A stretch of 64,000 nt of DNA from a virus (taxonomy: Duplodnaviria; Heunggongvirae; Uroviricota; Caudoviricetes), in the IMG/VR virus record IMGVR_UViG_3300027301_000002, one strand, 5' to 3'. Below the pieces are notes generated by a model. It saw only the letters and a list, made by a program, of their open reading frames with translations. It searched no databases and was not told where the DNA came from. Both the position numbers and the translations under genes were made by a program. Positions 55,692 to 64,000 of this stretch are shown one piece after another (within the stretch, counting starts at the first letter, position 1; each line of letters begins with the position of its first letter).

Positions 55692-56162
55692 ATGAAGACT
55701 TATCTATCTTGGGATTACGTAGAGGAAAGTACTGAATCATTAGCACAAACGCTCGTTACAGATTATTCAGATAAGCTAAATGATTTTGTAATTTTGGCAC
55801 CATATTATGGAGGGTGGCCTGTAGCCACAATGACAGTCAATGCGATACGAAATTTGACATCCACCGAATTCAAACCACCAGCAATTAATGAAACAGATCT
55901 AATTCGTCTTAATCTTCTTTCATTGTTTAATTCTCAAAGGTACTTGGTTATATTTGATGATGTCCTGGATACCGGAAAAGTCATTAATAATATTATCTGG
56001 AGAATTGATCATGAGTGCAGATCGTTTATCAATACAGATAAAATCCATGAACGAATCATTGTCGCCACGATTGGTCGTAAAAGAAAGTGCGAATGGCCAT
56101 GTCGGCATATTTTCAACACAGAATGGAAGTTAGATGAATGGATTGTATTTCCATGGGAATAA
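55692..56162 (+). CDS. Type I purine phosphoribosyltransferase (Gpt/HGPRT-like)
   Basis: LSWDYV, PRPP loop IFDDVLDTG, C-terminal WIVFPWE. Confidence 0.75.
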   Translation: MKTYLSWDYVEESTESLAQTLVTDYSDKLNDFVILAPYYGGWPVATMTVNAIRNLTSTEFKPPAINETDLIRLNLLSLFNSQRYLVIFDDVLDTGKVINNIIWRIDHECRSFINTDKIHERIIVATIGRKRKCEWPCRHIFNTEWKLDEWIVFPWE

Positions 56163-56170
56163 ATTATTAT

Positions 56171-56644
56171 ATGAATACATTTTTAGAATACATCAACACG
56201 GCGGAACAAGAATCAATTTTAAGAGAGTCGAAACAAACCAATAAATTTGACATCAAATGGCAGATTGTTCGAACAGACGCTAGAGACATCAAAGACCCGA
56301 GCAAAAAACTGTCATTCGTTCTGAATTTCCTTGAAAAGAATCCATCAAAACAAAACTATGATAGAGTAGCCAATTGGGTTAAAATGACGGGTGTTTCCTA
56401 TAAAGGAAATGATCGTGAAAAATTTGAAAAAGCCCACGATAAACTAAAACAAGACAAAGAGGAATACAAAGAATCTAATGACGAAGATAATGACCTCAGC
56501 AAAATCAATACATCAGAATTACAAAAGGTATACAAAGACCTCAGCAAGAGAAAATATGGATTTCAATTTAAATCAGTACCAAAAGCACACACTGAATTTA
56601 TCAATGCAGTTGAAAAAGAGTTAAAATCAAGAAATAATAGTTGA
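56171..56644 (+). CDS. Hypothetical charged protein
   Basis: ATG 56171; N-terminus MNTFLEYI...ILRE. Confidence 0.5.
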   Translation: MNTFLEYINTAEQESILRESKQTNKFDIKWQIVRTDARDIKDPSKKLSFVLNFLEKNPSKQNYDRVANWVKMTGVSYKGNDREKFEKAHDKLKQDKEEYKESNDEDNDLSKINTSELQKVYKDLSKRKYGFQFKSVPKAHTEFINAVEKELKSRNNS

Positions 56645-56684
56645 ATACACAACAACCACAATATAACATATAACATATAAATTT

Positions 56685-57068
56685 ATGAGTAACGAAACAC
56701 CAAACATCCGCACATTCGTCAAGGAAAACCTTATCGCATTTATCGATCCAGCAGGACGCACTGGATTCGGTGAATTGGTTCCACATCTCGATACAGATAC
56801 TACAGTAGCAATCAAGAATCCAGTAGTAGTTCATGTTGTTCCCCAAGGACAGAACATGGCACTACAACTCTTGCCTGCATTCTTCCGCGAATTCGGCGCA
56901 AGCCTCGAAGAACCAATTGTCTTCAATTATCCAAAGAGTTCAATTGCACTTACCAATGGCGCCACCTTTGACTTCAAGTTGTACGGCCAATATGAAGCAA
57001 TGTTTGCACCGCCGCCTTTGGTGCAGCCGATTTCAGACCCAAAGGTTGTCAAGCTTTTTGACGAATAA
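56685..57068 (+). CDS. Hypothetical beta-rich (Sm/SH3-like) protein
   Basis: AFIDPAGRTGFGEL...IKNPVVV pattern; followed by a strong terminator. Confidence 0.5.
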   Translation: MSNETPNIRTFVKENLIAFIDPAGRTGFGELVPHLDTDTTVAIKNPVVVHVVPQGQNMALQLLPAFFREFGASLEEPIVFNYPKSSIALTNGATFDFKLYGQYEAMFAPPPLVQPISDPKVVKLFDE

Positions 57069-57085
57069 TCAAACCAAACTAAACC

Positions 57086-57113
57086 AAAAGCCCCTCTTCG
57101 GAGGGGCTTTTTT
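57086..57113 (+). terminator. Intrinsic terminator with C-UUCG-G tetraloop
   Basis: AAAA-GCCCCTC-TTCG-GAGGGGC-TTTTTT. Confidence 0.9.
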
Positions 57114-57163
57114 ATTGCACAATACATGTGATTTAACACACACCGCCTCTTATATTGATATAC

Positions 57164-58264
57164 ATGAAAAAGAATCCGATTTTAGAAAAGGCTTTCAAGA
57201 GTTTAAAGAAGATTAATCCGGACGCTGAGTTCCTTAATAACAGTACACTATCGACTATTACAGGCTTCATTGATACAGGAAGCTATGCACTGAATGCTAT
57301 CATCAGTGGCAAGATCAAAGATGGTGGGGTACCAAAGGGTCGTATTACAGGATTTTCTGGTCCATCCGGATGTGGCAAGACTCTTATTATCAATAAGATT
57401 TTTGGGAATGCACAAAAACAAGGAATGATTCCAGTCATCTGGGATACAGAGGGTGCGGTTGATCGCAGAGCAGCTGAGGGTGTTGGGTGTGATGTCAACA
57501 ATTATATTTGGAACTCGGCAGATACGATCGAGCAATGTCGTAATGATATGGTTAAGTTTCTGGATGAAATTATCGCAGATCCAGAAATGAAAGGTAAATT
57601 TATTTTTGCAATTGATTCTCTTGGCAACCTTATCAATGCAAAAGAGTTGCAAGACATTTCCAAAGACAAAGAATCTGCGGATATGGGTCTTCGTGCAAGG
57701 GCGATGAAAAGCCTTATGCGAACATTGAGCAATAAAGCATCGAAAGCACAGGTTCCAATTTTATTCACAAACCATATCTATGATGACCCATCTGCGATGT
57801 TTCCATCATTGATTAAGAATCAAGGTGGTGGTAAGGGACCAATTTATCTTTCAACTGTTTTAGTTCAGATGTCAATGACACAAAATAAAGACGAGGACGA
57901 TGATGATAAAAAAATCGCCATTGCAAATAAAGTTAGCGGCATTACTATGTCTGCAATGACTGTTAAAAATCGTGTAGTTCCGCCATTCTTGAAGACTGAA
58001 CTAGAGCTTAACTTTAAAACAGGTCTCGATAAATTTTCGGGCCTTGAGGTGATGGCAATTGCATATGAAGTTGTTAAGCAAACTGGTGCAACATATCAGT
58101 TGCCAGATGGCACTAAGCTCGGATATTTTAAACAGTGGCGCAAGAATGAAGATCTTTGGGAGAATACCATTATTCCTAATCTTCAAAAGAAACTCGACAC
58201 TGAACTGATGTATTCAACCACCGACCTAGACACCAATGACGAAGAAGACAACGAAGAAGCTTGA
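57164..58264 (+). CDS. uvsX: RecA-like recombinase (UvsX)
   Basis: DTGSYALNAIISG, GPSGCGKT, DTEGA, IDSLGNL, TNHIY, GGGKG, KNR. Confidence 0.9.
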   Translation: MKKNPILEKAFKSLKKINPDAEFLNNSTLSTITGFIDTGSYALNAIISGKIKDGGVPKGRITGFSGPSGCGKTLIINKIFGNAQKQGMIPVIWDTEGAVDRRAAEGVGCDVNNYIWNSADTIEQCRNDMVKFLDEIIADPEMKGKFIFAIDSLGNLINAKELQDISKDKESADMGLRARAMKSLMRTLSNKASKAQVPILFTNHIYDDPSAMFPSLIKNQGGGKGPIYLSTVLVQMSMTQNKDEDDDDKKIAIANKVSGITMSAMTVKNRVVPPFLKTELELNFKTGLDKFSGLEVMAIAYEVVKQTGATYQLPDGTKLGYFKQWRKNEDLWENTIIPNLQKKLDTELMYSTTDLDTNDEEDNEEA

Positions 58265-59603
58265 TTTAAATCTTTTTGAATCGGTAATTGCATACCATGC
58301 TCTGTTTAATTCAGAGTATCTCGCAAGCATTATCGACCATCTTAAACCTGAGTTATTTCATCGACCGGAGACAAAGGCTGCGATCTTTCCTATCGTTGAC
58401 TTTTTCAATGAGCACAATGAAATTCCGTCTATCACGGAAATCAAAGTAAGACTCAAAGAGTCAACCGAAAGAGAGTTGTTTGCAAAGCTTTTAAAAGAGT
58501 TCACAGCGATCGACAAGACATTTAACTTAAAAGAATTGCTCACGAATACAGAGCAGTTTTTGAAAGAAAGATCGCTTGTTGCATTCTTGAGTAAGACCGC
58601 AACGCAGCTAGCAAAAGAAGGCAGTGTAGATTACACTGCAGCATATGCAGAGCTTGAGACTGCGGTGACAATGTCGCTGATTGATGATGTTGGTCTTGAG
58701 TATTTCAAGGACTTTGAAAAGCATTTGGATTACCTTGATCGAAAAGAATCTCGTCTCAAGACAGGGTGGAATTGGCTTGATGAGAAGCTTGGTGGTGGGC
58801 TTTTGGAAGAAGGAAGAGCACTGTATATTTTCTGCGGTACTACGAATGTAGGCAAATCAATCTTCTTAGGCAATATAGCTAATAACATTGTGGCACAAGG
58901 TAAGTGTGCGGTGATTATTAGTTTGGAAATGCCTGAGCAGATTTATGCTAAGCGTATTTCTGCACAGCTATCTCGGATTCCTATCAATACACTTGCAGAG
59001 AAGAAAGAAGAACTCCGTGATTGGATGAATGAGTACACCTCAAATCATATGGATTCAAAGCTCTTCATTAAAGAGTTTCCGCCATCGTCGATTAGTGCAA
59101 ATCATATTAGAGCGTACTTAACAAAGCTCGTACGTAAAGGAATTAAGATTGATGCCATCATTTTGGATTATTTGAATTTGATGATTCCATGCAGAGGCTC
59201 TGGTGATGGCAATTCTTATGAAAAAATTAAGAAAATTGCAGAAGAAGTGCGTGCCTTGTCGTATGTGTTCAATGCACCTGTTATTAGTGCCACTCAATTA
59301 AATAGGTCGGCATATGATCAAGCAAATCCTGGATTAGAGACGACAGGTGAATCGATGGGGTTGCCTATGACAGCAGACGCTCAGTTCGGTATCTGGTGTA
59401 CAGATGAAGATCGGGAAGCTGGGATTTTGCATCTTAACTTGATGAAGAACCGTTTTGGACCTAATCATGGCAATACAGCGTTTCAAATTGATTATGATAC
59501 TTTGCATCTTTCGGAATATGATGCGGAGACATTATCATCGGGAGAAACCAATTTCGATGATGATGATTTTAACAATGCAATGAAAGACCTGAAGTTGACA
59601 TAA
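58236..59603 (+). CDS. gp41: Replicative DnaB-like helicase (T4 gp41)
   Basis: GTTNVGKS, ISLEM, ILDYLNL, SATQLNR, KNRFG. Confidence 0.92.
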   Translation: MTKKTTKKLDLNLFESVIAYHALFNSEYLASIIDHLKPELFHRPETKAAIFPIVDFFNEHNEIPSITEIKVRLKESTERELFAKLLKEFTAIDKTFNLKELLTNTEQFLKERSLVAFLSKTATQLAKEGSVDYTAAYAELETAVTMSLIDDVGLEYFKDFEKHLDYLDRKESRLKTGWNWLDEKLGGGLLEEGRALYIFCGTTNVGKSIFLGNIANNIVAQGKCAVIISLEMPEQIYAKRISAQLSRIPINTLAEKKEELRDWMNEYTSNHMDSKLFIKEFPPSSISANHIRAYLTKLVRKGIKIDAIILDYLNLMIPCRGSGDGNSYEKIKKIAEEVRALSYVFNAPVISATQLNRSAYDQANPGLETTGESMGLPMTADAQFGIWCTDEDREAGILHLNLMKNRFGPNHGNTAFQIDYDTLHLSEYDAETLSSGETNFDDDDFNNAMKDLKLT

Positions 59604-59627
59604 TTCTTTGTATGTCTAAATACAGGC

Positions 59628-59939
59628 ATGGAATTTGAAACAAAAAAGGATTATGAATCAACAGAATTTTTAGGCGAAAATGAAATCGACGAACATTATA
59701 TCAAATCTTGCTCTTTGATCTGTCTTTTATCAAATAAGAATTTAAGTCCTACATCGATTATTATTTCTTTCATACAAAATCAGGAATTGCGTAAAATAAT
59801 GTGTGATATCATGGATATTACATATTATGATTTTGTGAGAAAGATGTCGTACAATTACGATATTGTCAATAGATCAAAGAAAATATTATATGCACTAAAT
59901 CAAAGTAATGACAGAAAACGAAAAACAGATTTACAATAA
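59628..59939 (+). CDS. Hypothetical protein
   Basis: TAAATA box 5 nt before the ATG; tiled ORF. Confidence 0.5.
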   Translation: MEFETKKDYESTEFLGENEIDEHYIKSCSLICLLSNKNLSPTSIIISFIQNQELRKIMCDIMDITYYDFVRKMSYNYDIVNRSKKILYALNQSNDRKRKTDLQ

Positions 59940-60564
59940 ATGGCTTGCTACTACTTCTGGACAAATTAATAAGCCATTTAGATTAAGAGAAAATTGGCTG
60001 AATTTTGATTGTAGAGAGGATTATCCATATCTACAAAGACTGAGCCATTTCTTTGGTAAGCACCCGCATATTAAATGGGAAGATTATTTTGCGGCTCCAT
60101 ACAAAATCCACAAATCACAAAAAAACAACGGCAGGATAGCACTTGAGTATTACATATCACCAAAAGCAATTAAAGACTATACGTCATATATGAAGTATTT
60201 GTCATTGCTGGAACCAGATGATCCACAACAAGCAGCACTCACCATACAATCATTTAAGTTCATCCGTGATTTTTGTGTTGAGAATAAAATTAGAGCATCA
60301 CAATACTGCCAGTTTAAGCAAGGATATACATCTACCTTTCTTAAGCATATCAAACAACACCAAGTATCATTGTATGCCATCTTTGCATTTCCAGATGCAT
60401 TTTCTATTATGAACGGGCTGCACCCAGAAGAATTTGGTTTGTTTCTTGGAGATGTGAATTTGTACTCACACAAGACTAAATACGATAGATCAGATATCAA
60501 ACCAAAAACACAACAACTATACCAAGCACTACAAAACTACACTAAAAAAATTCTTGAATCCTAA
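59908..60564 (+). CDS. Hypothetical protein, possible helicase loader (gp59-like by size and position)
   Basis: 218-aa helical, aromatic/basic protein between gp41 and gp32; no diagnostic motif recognised. Confidence 0.35.
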   Translation: MTENEKQIYNKWLATTSGQINKPFRLRENWLNFDCREDYPYLQRLSHFFGKHPHIKWEDYFAAPYKIHKSQKNNGRIALEYYISPKAIKDYTSYMKYLSLLEPDDPQQAALTIQSFKFIRDFCVENKIRASQYCQFKQGYTSTFLKHIKQHQVSLYAIFAFPDAFSIMNGLHPEEFGLFLGDVNLYSHKTKYDRSDIKPKTQQLYQALQNYTKKILES

Positions 60565-60605
60565 ACAACCAACAATTATAATAAAATACACAACCAAATA
60601 ACACT

Positions 60606-61562
60606 ATGTCTATTCTCGACGAAATCTTCAGCAAAATTCAAACCTCACAAACACCACAAAGTGCATCACCGAAAAACGATAATCTCTTTAAACCAGAAAT
60701 TGACAAGACGTATATCGTACGCTTTGTTCCATATCTTCCCAATCCCAGCAACTCAATGTTGTCGTTTATGAATCACGGATGGGAGTCGAGACAGAATGGT
60801 CGTTACATCTCTGTGCCGTGTCTCAAATCATGGGGCAAGTCAGAAATTTGCCCTTGCTGTGAAACCAGATTCGCAGAGCTTAAAATTGGCACAGATGCCG
60901 CGAAAAATAAAGCACGACTGCTTCGTCAGAAGACAATGAATTACGCCAATATTTACATTATCGAATCTCCAAATGAAAAGGATATTGGTCAGGTTAAGCC
61001 ATGGCGCTATGGTGCCGAAATCGGCAAGATTTTGAGTGCAGCAATTGTCGGTGAAGATAGTGAAGAATACGGTAAGCGTATTTTCGACCTATCACCAAAT
61101 GGGGTTGATTTTCGTATTCGTTGTGAGATGAAAGGCACTGGTAAAGAAGCAACACCTACATATGTAGCAAGCAAATTCATCAGTAAGCAACGCAACCTGA
61201 ATTTTACCGCAAGTGAAATTGAAAACATTTACGGGCTTGCACAGGATTTGACTACGTTGCTTCCTCCAAAGAAGACAGCAGACGAGATTCAAAAGGTGCT
61301 GAATGAACATTATTTCACAAATCAAAATAGACCTTCTATTCAAGTTATCTCATATGCAAATGATGATGTTGATGTTGATGATGTACAGCCTAATACGATT
61401 GGTCAATATGGTGGACCGCCAGCTAGTGTAATCAATACAAATAATGCAGTACGCGAAGCAGTTGCAGAAACACAGTCAAAGAGAGAAATCAAAACCAATT
61501 CGGTGGATATCGATGAAACGGTAAACTCTCTCCTCAAAGAATTCGAAATCCCTACTTTCTAA
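60606..61562 (+). CDS. gp32: Single-stranded DNA-binding protein (T4 gp32-like)
   Basis: IVRFVP, HGW, CLKSWG...CPCC, YANIYII, WRYG, FDL..NG.DF, acidic tail. Confidence 0.85.
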   Translation: MSILDEIFSKIQTSQTPQSASPKNDNLFKPEIDKTYIVRFVPYLPNPSNSMLSFMNHGWESRQNGRYISVPCLKSWGKSEICPCCETRFAELKIGTDAAKNKARLLRQKTMNYANIYIIESPNEKDIGQVKPWRYGAEIGKILSAAIVGEDSEEYGKRIFDLSPNGVDFRIRCEMKGTGKEATPTYVASKFISKQRNLNFTASEIENIYGLAQDLTTLLPPKKTADEIQKVLNEHYFTNQNRPSIQVISYANDDVDVDDVQPNTIGQYGGPPASVINTNNAVREAVAETQSKREIKTNSVDIDETVNSLLKEFEIPTF

Positions 61563-61567
61563 TATAC

Positions 61568-62176
61568 ATGAAACAACAAAAATATAATTTCGACGATGCC
61601 AAAAAGGCATATGGTGGCTTCTTGACGGCACTTGGATTTGATTGGCAGAATAATCCGCATATGAAAGATACACCCTCTCGTGTCACAAAGGCATGGGTTG
61701 AAGATCTTGCTCGTGGTTGTTTTGAACCAGCACCAAAAATTACTGCATTTGATAATGACGGTAGTTACGACGGGATTGTTTGTCAGACCAATATTCCTGT
61801 AGTATCCATGTGTGCACATCACAACCTACCATTTTTTGGATATTGCCATGTTGCGTATATTCCACAAAAGGATGGCAAAGTCATCGGTCTTTCTAAGCTC
61901 AATCGAGTAGTTGATTACTTTGGTCGGCGCCCGCAAGTACAAGAAAATCTTACGATGGAGATTCACAACTTCTTAAACGATCTTTGTGAAAATAATCTTG
62001 GAGTCTCGGTGCTAGTCGAGGCAAATCACACGTGCTGCTCTATGAGAGGCATTAAACAGAATTCAACAATGCGTACGGCAAAAATGTCGGGCGCGTTTAT
62101 TGAAGCATCCAATAACAGCAGAAACGAATTTTATAAATTCGTAGAATTTGCACAAACAAGTAGAAGCCTAGTATGA
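61568..62176 (+). CDS. folE: GTP cyclohydrolase I
   Basis: TPSRV, SMCAHHNLPFFG, GLSKLNR, RRPQVQENLT, HTCCSMRG. Confidence 0.95.
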   Translation: MKQQKYNFDDAKKAYGGFLTALGFDWQNNPHMKDTPSRVTKAWVEDLARGCFEPAPKITAFDNDGSYDGIVCQTNIPVVSMCAHHNLPFFGYCHVAYIPQKDGKVIGLSKLNRVVDYFGRRPQVQENLTMEIHNFLNDLCENNLGVSVLVEANHTCCSMRGIKQNSTMRTAKMSGAFIEASNNSRNEFYKFVEFAQTSRSLV

Positions 62177-62754
62177 TTGAATTAAGCAGAGATGAAGCGA
62201 TCGCGACGGCAAAATTGGCATCATTTGTTTCCGGTGCTCTGAATAGTATTGGTGAAATGTCGACAGGATCTTCTCGCAATATCACAGATGGGAGAGACAT
62301 TGATGTGAATAATATTCTATCACAGTTCACTATTACAGCACCACCAAAACCACCAGGACCAGTGATCGAAGGTATTGCAGTCGATCGCGAAGATAAAGAG
62401 GTCGTTTTGCATCCTGTAGAACAATCAAATGTTATCGATGAACCAGTTAGAATCGAAAATCCTTTTGCTAAACAATCGACTATGATAACAAGCAACAAGC
62501 CAGTAATTCCACTCAATCCAAATGGCAAATCACCGATAGCATCTTTTCTCAAAAAAGAGGCAACAAGTACTGTGGAGGCAGCACCAATACCAACACAATC
62601 ATTACCAGGTACGCCAGGGCTGAATGAGGGTGATATTAGCAAAAATAGTGTTGCATCGTTAATCTATGAGAAATTAGTATCAATTGAACTTAAGTTAAAA
62701 ACAATACAAACGTCAATTAAGAAACTAAATGAAAATAAAAGTTCAAAAGGATAA
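62173..62754 (+). CDS. Hypothetical protein with proline-rich linker
   Basis: ATGA overlap with folE; tiled ORF. Confidence 0.5.
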   Translation: MIELSRDEAIATAKLASFVSGALNSIGEMSTGSSRNITDGRDIDVNNILSQFTITAPPKPPGPVIEGIAVDREDKEVVLHPVEQSNVIDEPVRIENPFAKQSTMITSNKPVIPLNPNGKSPIASFLKKEATSTVEAAPIPTQSLPGTPGLNEGDISKNSVASLIYEKLVSIELKLKTIQTSIKKLNENKSSKG

Positions 62755-63478
62755 TTTCAGTAGCTTTTTATTGCCAGTTTCACGCATTAGTGACGCCAAT
62801 ATTTCTTGTGCAATTCACATAGAATCGGATTATCTGTATGTTGTATCTCATGACGCAAGTGCGGTTTGCATTTACTATGCAAAGCATGTTCCGATAAAAA
62901 TAGAAGACGTTAGCGAACCGTTTGTTATATATGTATCGGATATTCGCAAGGTAATTAATGCAATTGATGTTATCGACGAAGACGAAATTATATTGAATAT
63001 TACGTCAAAATTCATCAGTTATGAATCACCAACCATCAAGTTCAAATGTTATCTTTTGGATCCCGCAGTAGCGGCTGCTGAAAAAATCAGTGCCAAGATG
63101 ATTGATTCATTTAAGTTCGATACGGAATTTGTTATGAACACAAATACGTTTTCAAAAATTAATAAAGGATGCACATTTACAGACAACAAAGGAAAGATCT
63201 ATTTCTATACCAACGCGGAGAATAAAAAGGTATATGTTGACTTGGATGATAAATCCGCAAACCATAGCGTCAATAACATTACGTTTATCGCCGCTGATGG
63301 GTATATTGGATCAGACCTGACACCAACATCACCATTATCAATTGATACATTTAAAATTATCAGTGCATTAAAACATGACGTGCAAACGAAAGTAAATATT
63401 ACCAAGGGAGCATATATGTTTTATTACAGAGATGGAAATACAGAAATCAAATACTTGCTTAGAGCACTTAAATCTTAA
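62729..63478 (+). CDS. Sliding clamp candidate (T4 gp45-like)
   Basis: 249 aa with alternating beta/alpha pattern and duplicated halves (K...F...L..+..I; DTEFVM....FSKI), consistent with a ring clamp. Confidence 0.6.
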   Translation: MKIKVQKDNFSSFLLPVSRISDANISCAIHIESDYLYVVSHDASAVCIYYAKHVPIKIEDVSEPFVIYVSDIRKVINAIDVIDEDEIILNITSKFISYESPTIKFKCYLLDPAVAAAEKISAKMIDSFKFDTEFVMNTNTFSKINKGCTFTDNKGKIYFYTNAENKKVYVDLDDKSANHSVNNITFIAADGYIGSDLTPTSPLSIDTFKIISALKHDVQTKVNITKGAYMFYYRDGNTEIKYLLRALKS

Positions 63479-63493
63479 CCAAACACCACATAT

Positions 63494-63844
63494 ATGGCAA
63501 ATAAAAACAAACCAACTAACGAAAGTTATTTCATCAAAAGACTCCGCGACAGCGGATACCTTGTTGACAGGCTTCCGATTCGATACGGCCAACATGATCC
63601 ACGCTCATGGTCAGTAGTTATCGATCCTGGTAATTCCTCTGTAATCGCGACTATGTATCGCAATCTAGACGGAGTGGACGAGAACTATCTTGAATTCTAC
63701 GATGGGGATCAATTTGTACCACAACGATTCAGACTGTCTACAGATTCAATGGAAGTAATTATGGAGTGGTTGTATAAATTCGGCATCAATAACAAAACTA
63801 CACTTTATAATGCAAGAGGGTCGAATACATCGACCGCAGAATGA
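63494..63844 (+). CDS. Hypothetical protein
   Basis: YFIKRLRDSGY...DPRSWSVVIDPG; tiled ORF. Confidence 0.5.
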   Translation: MANKNKPTNESYFIKRLRDSGYLVDRLPIRYGQHDPRSWSVVIDPGNSSVIATMYRNLDGVDENYLEFYDGDQFVPQRFRLSTDSMEVIMEWLYKFGINNKTTLYNARGSNTSTAE

Positions 63845-63847
63845 ACT

Positions 63848-64000
63848 ATGAAGAAAAAACCTAAATCTTCTGATTATGGCTTGTATAAGTCATTAAAAGA
63901 ATTATCAAGCCAACTACAAACAGAGGGATTTAGTTTATCTCCTGAGCAACTGCGCGACCTGAAAGCACAGATTGCTCAGGAGATGTCAGTTCATAAAAGC
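63848..64000 (+). CDS. Hypothetical protein, 3'-truncated by the window edge
   Basis: ATG 63848; frame open to the end (MKKKPKSSDYGLYK...). Confidence 0.4.
   Translation, partial: MKKKPKSSDYGLYKSLKELSSQLQTEGFSLSPEQLRDLKAQIAQEMSVHKS

Noticed and set aside
57115-57150. Sigma70 promoter for uvsX after the UUCG terminator
   Set aside because: TTGCAC is present but no acceptable -10 hexamer lies at 16-18 nt spacing.
62097-62642. 181-aa antisense ORF (also 12251-12724, 21142-21585, 28403-28840, 41377-41775, 57248-57652 and similar)
   Set aside because: Each lies fully opposite a better-supported gene in a tiled operon and has no recognisable motif or start context.
1-64000. Stop-codon reassignment (alternative genetic code)
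   Set aside because: Long conserved genes are intact in the standard code and end in TAA, TAG or TGA; the polB break involves a frame change, not an in-frame stop.
1-64000. tRNA, rRNA, CRISPR array or diversity-generating retroelement
   Set aside because: Intergenic gaps are short, and no cloverleaf, spaced direct repeats or reverse transcriptase motifs were seen by eye.

Overview
The window is a gene-dense fragment of a large T4-like (contractile-tailed) bacteriophage genome in the standard genetic code. It contains tail and packaging genes (gp17, gp3-like, gp18, gp19), a baseplate/hub module (gp54-, gp26-, gp48-, gp53-, gp27- and gp5-like genes plus a tape-measure candidate), and T4-type replication, recombination and late-transcription genes (RNase H, gp61, UvsY, UvsW, gp55, gp47, gp46, PolB, UvsX, gp41, gp32, gp45-like, gp62). 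Three things stand out. (1) A dispersed 7-deazaguanine pathway: folE; a queC-glycosyltransferase-amidotransferase-denV-DUF366 operon; and a TGT/DpdA-like gene fused in an operon with a nucleotide kinase and a purine phosphoribosyltransferase directly behind the polymerase. (2) A DNA polymerase fractured inside its Exo I region, with an intein-like fossil on both halves and a homing-endonuclease-like remnant in the gap. (3) A 12.8-kb, 16-gene sugar-synthesis and glycosyltransferase island wedged between gp47 and gp46. Two promoter classes are visible: sigma70-like TTG(A/C)nn-17-TAnnnT before replication genes, and a TAA(A/G)TA late-type box before structural genes. No tRNA, rRNA or CRISPR array was seen. 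All family assignments come from motif recognition by eye; no database search was run.
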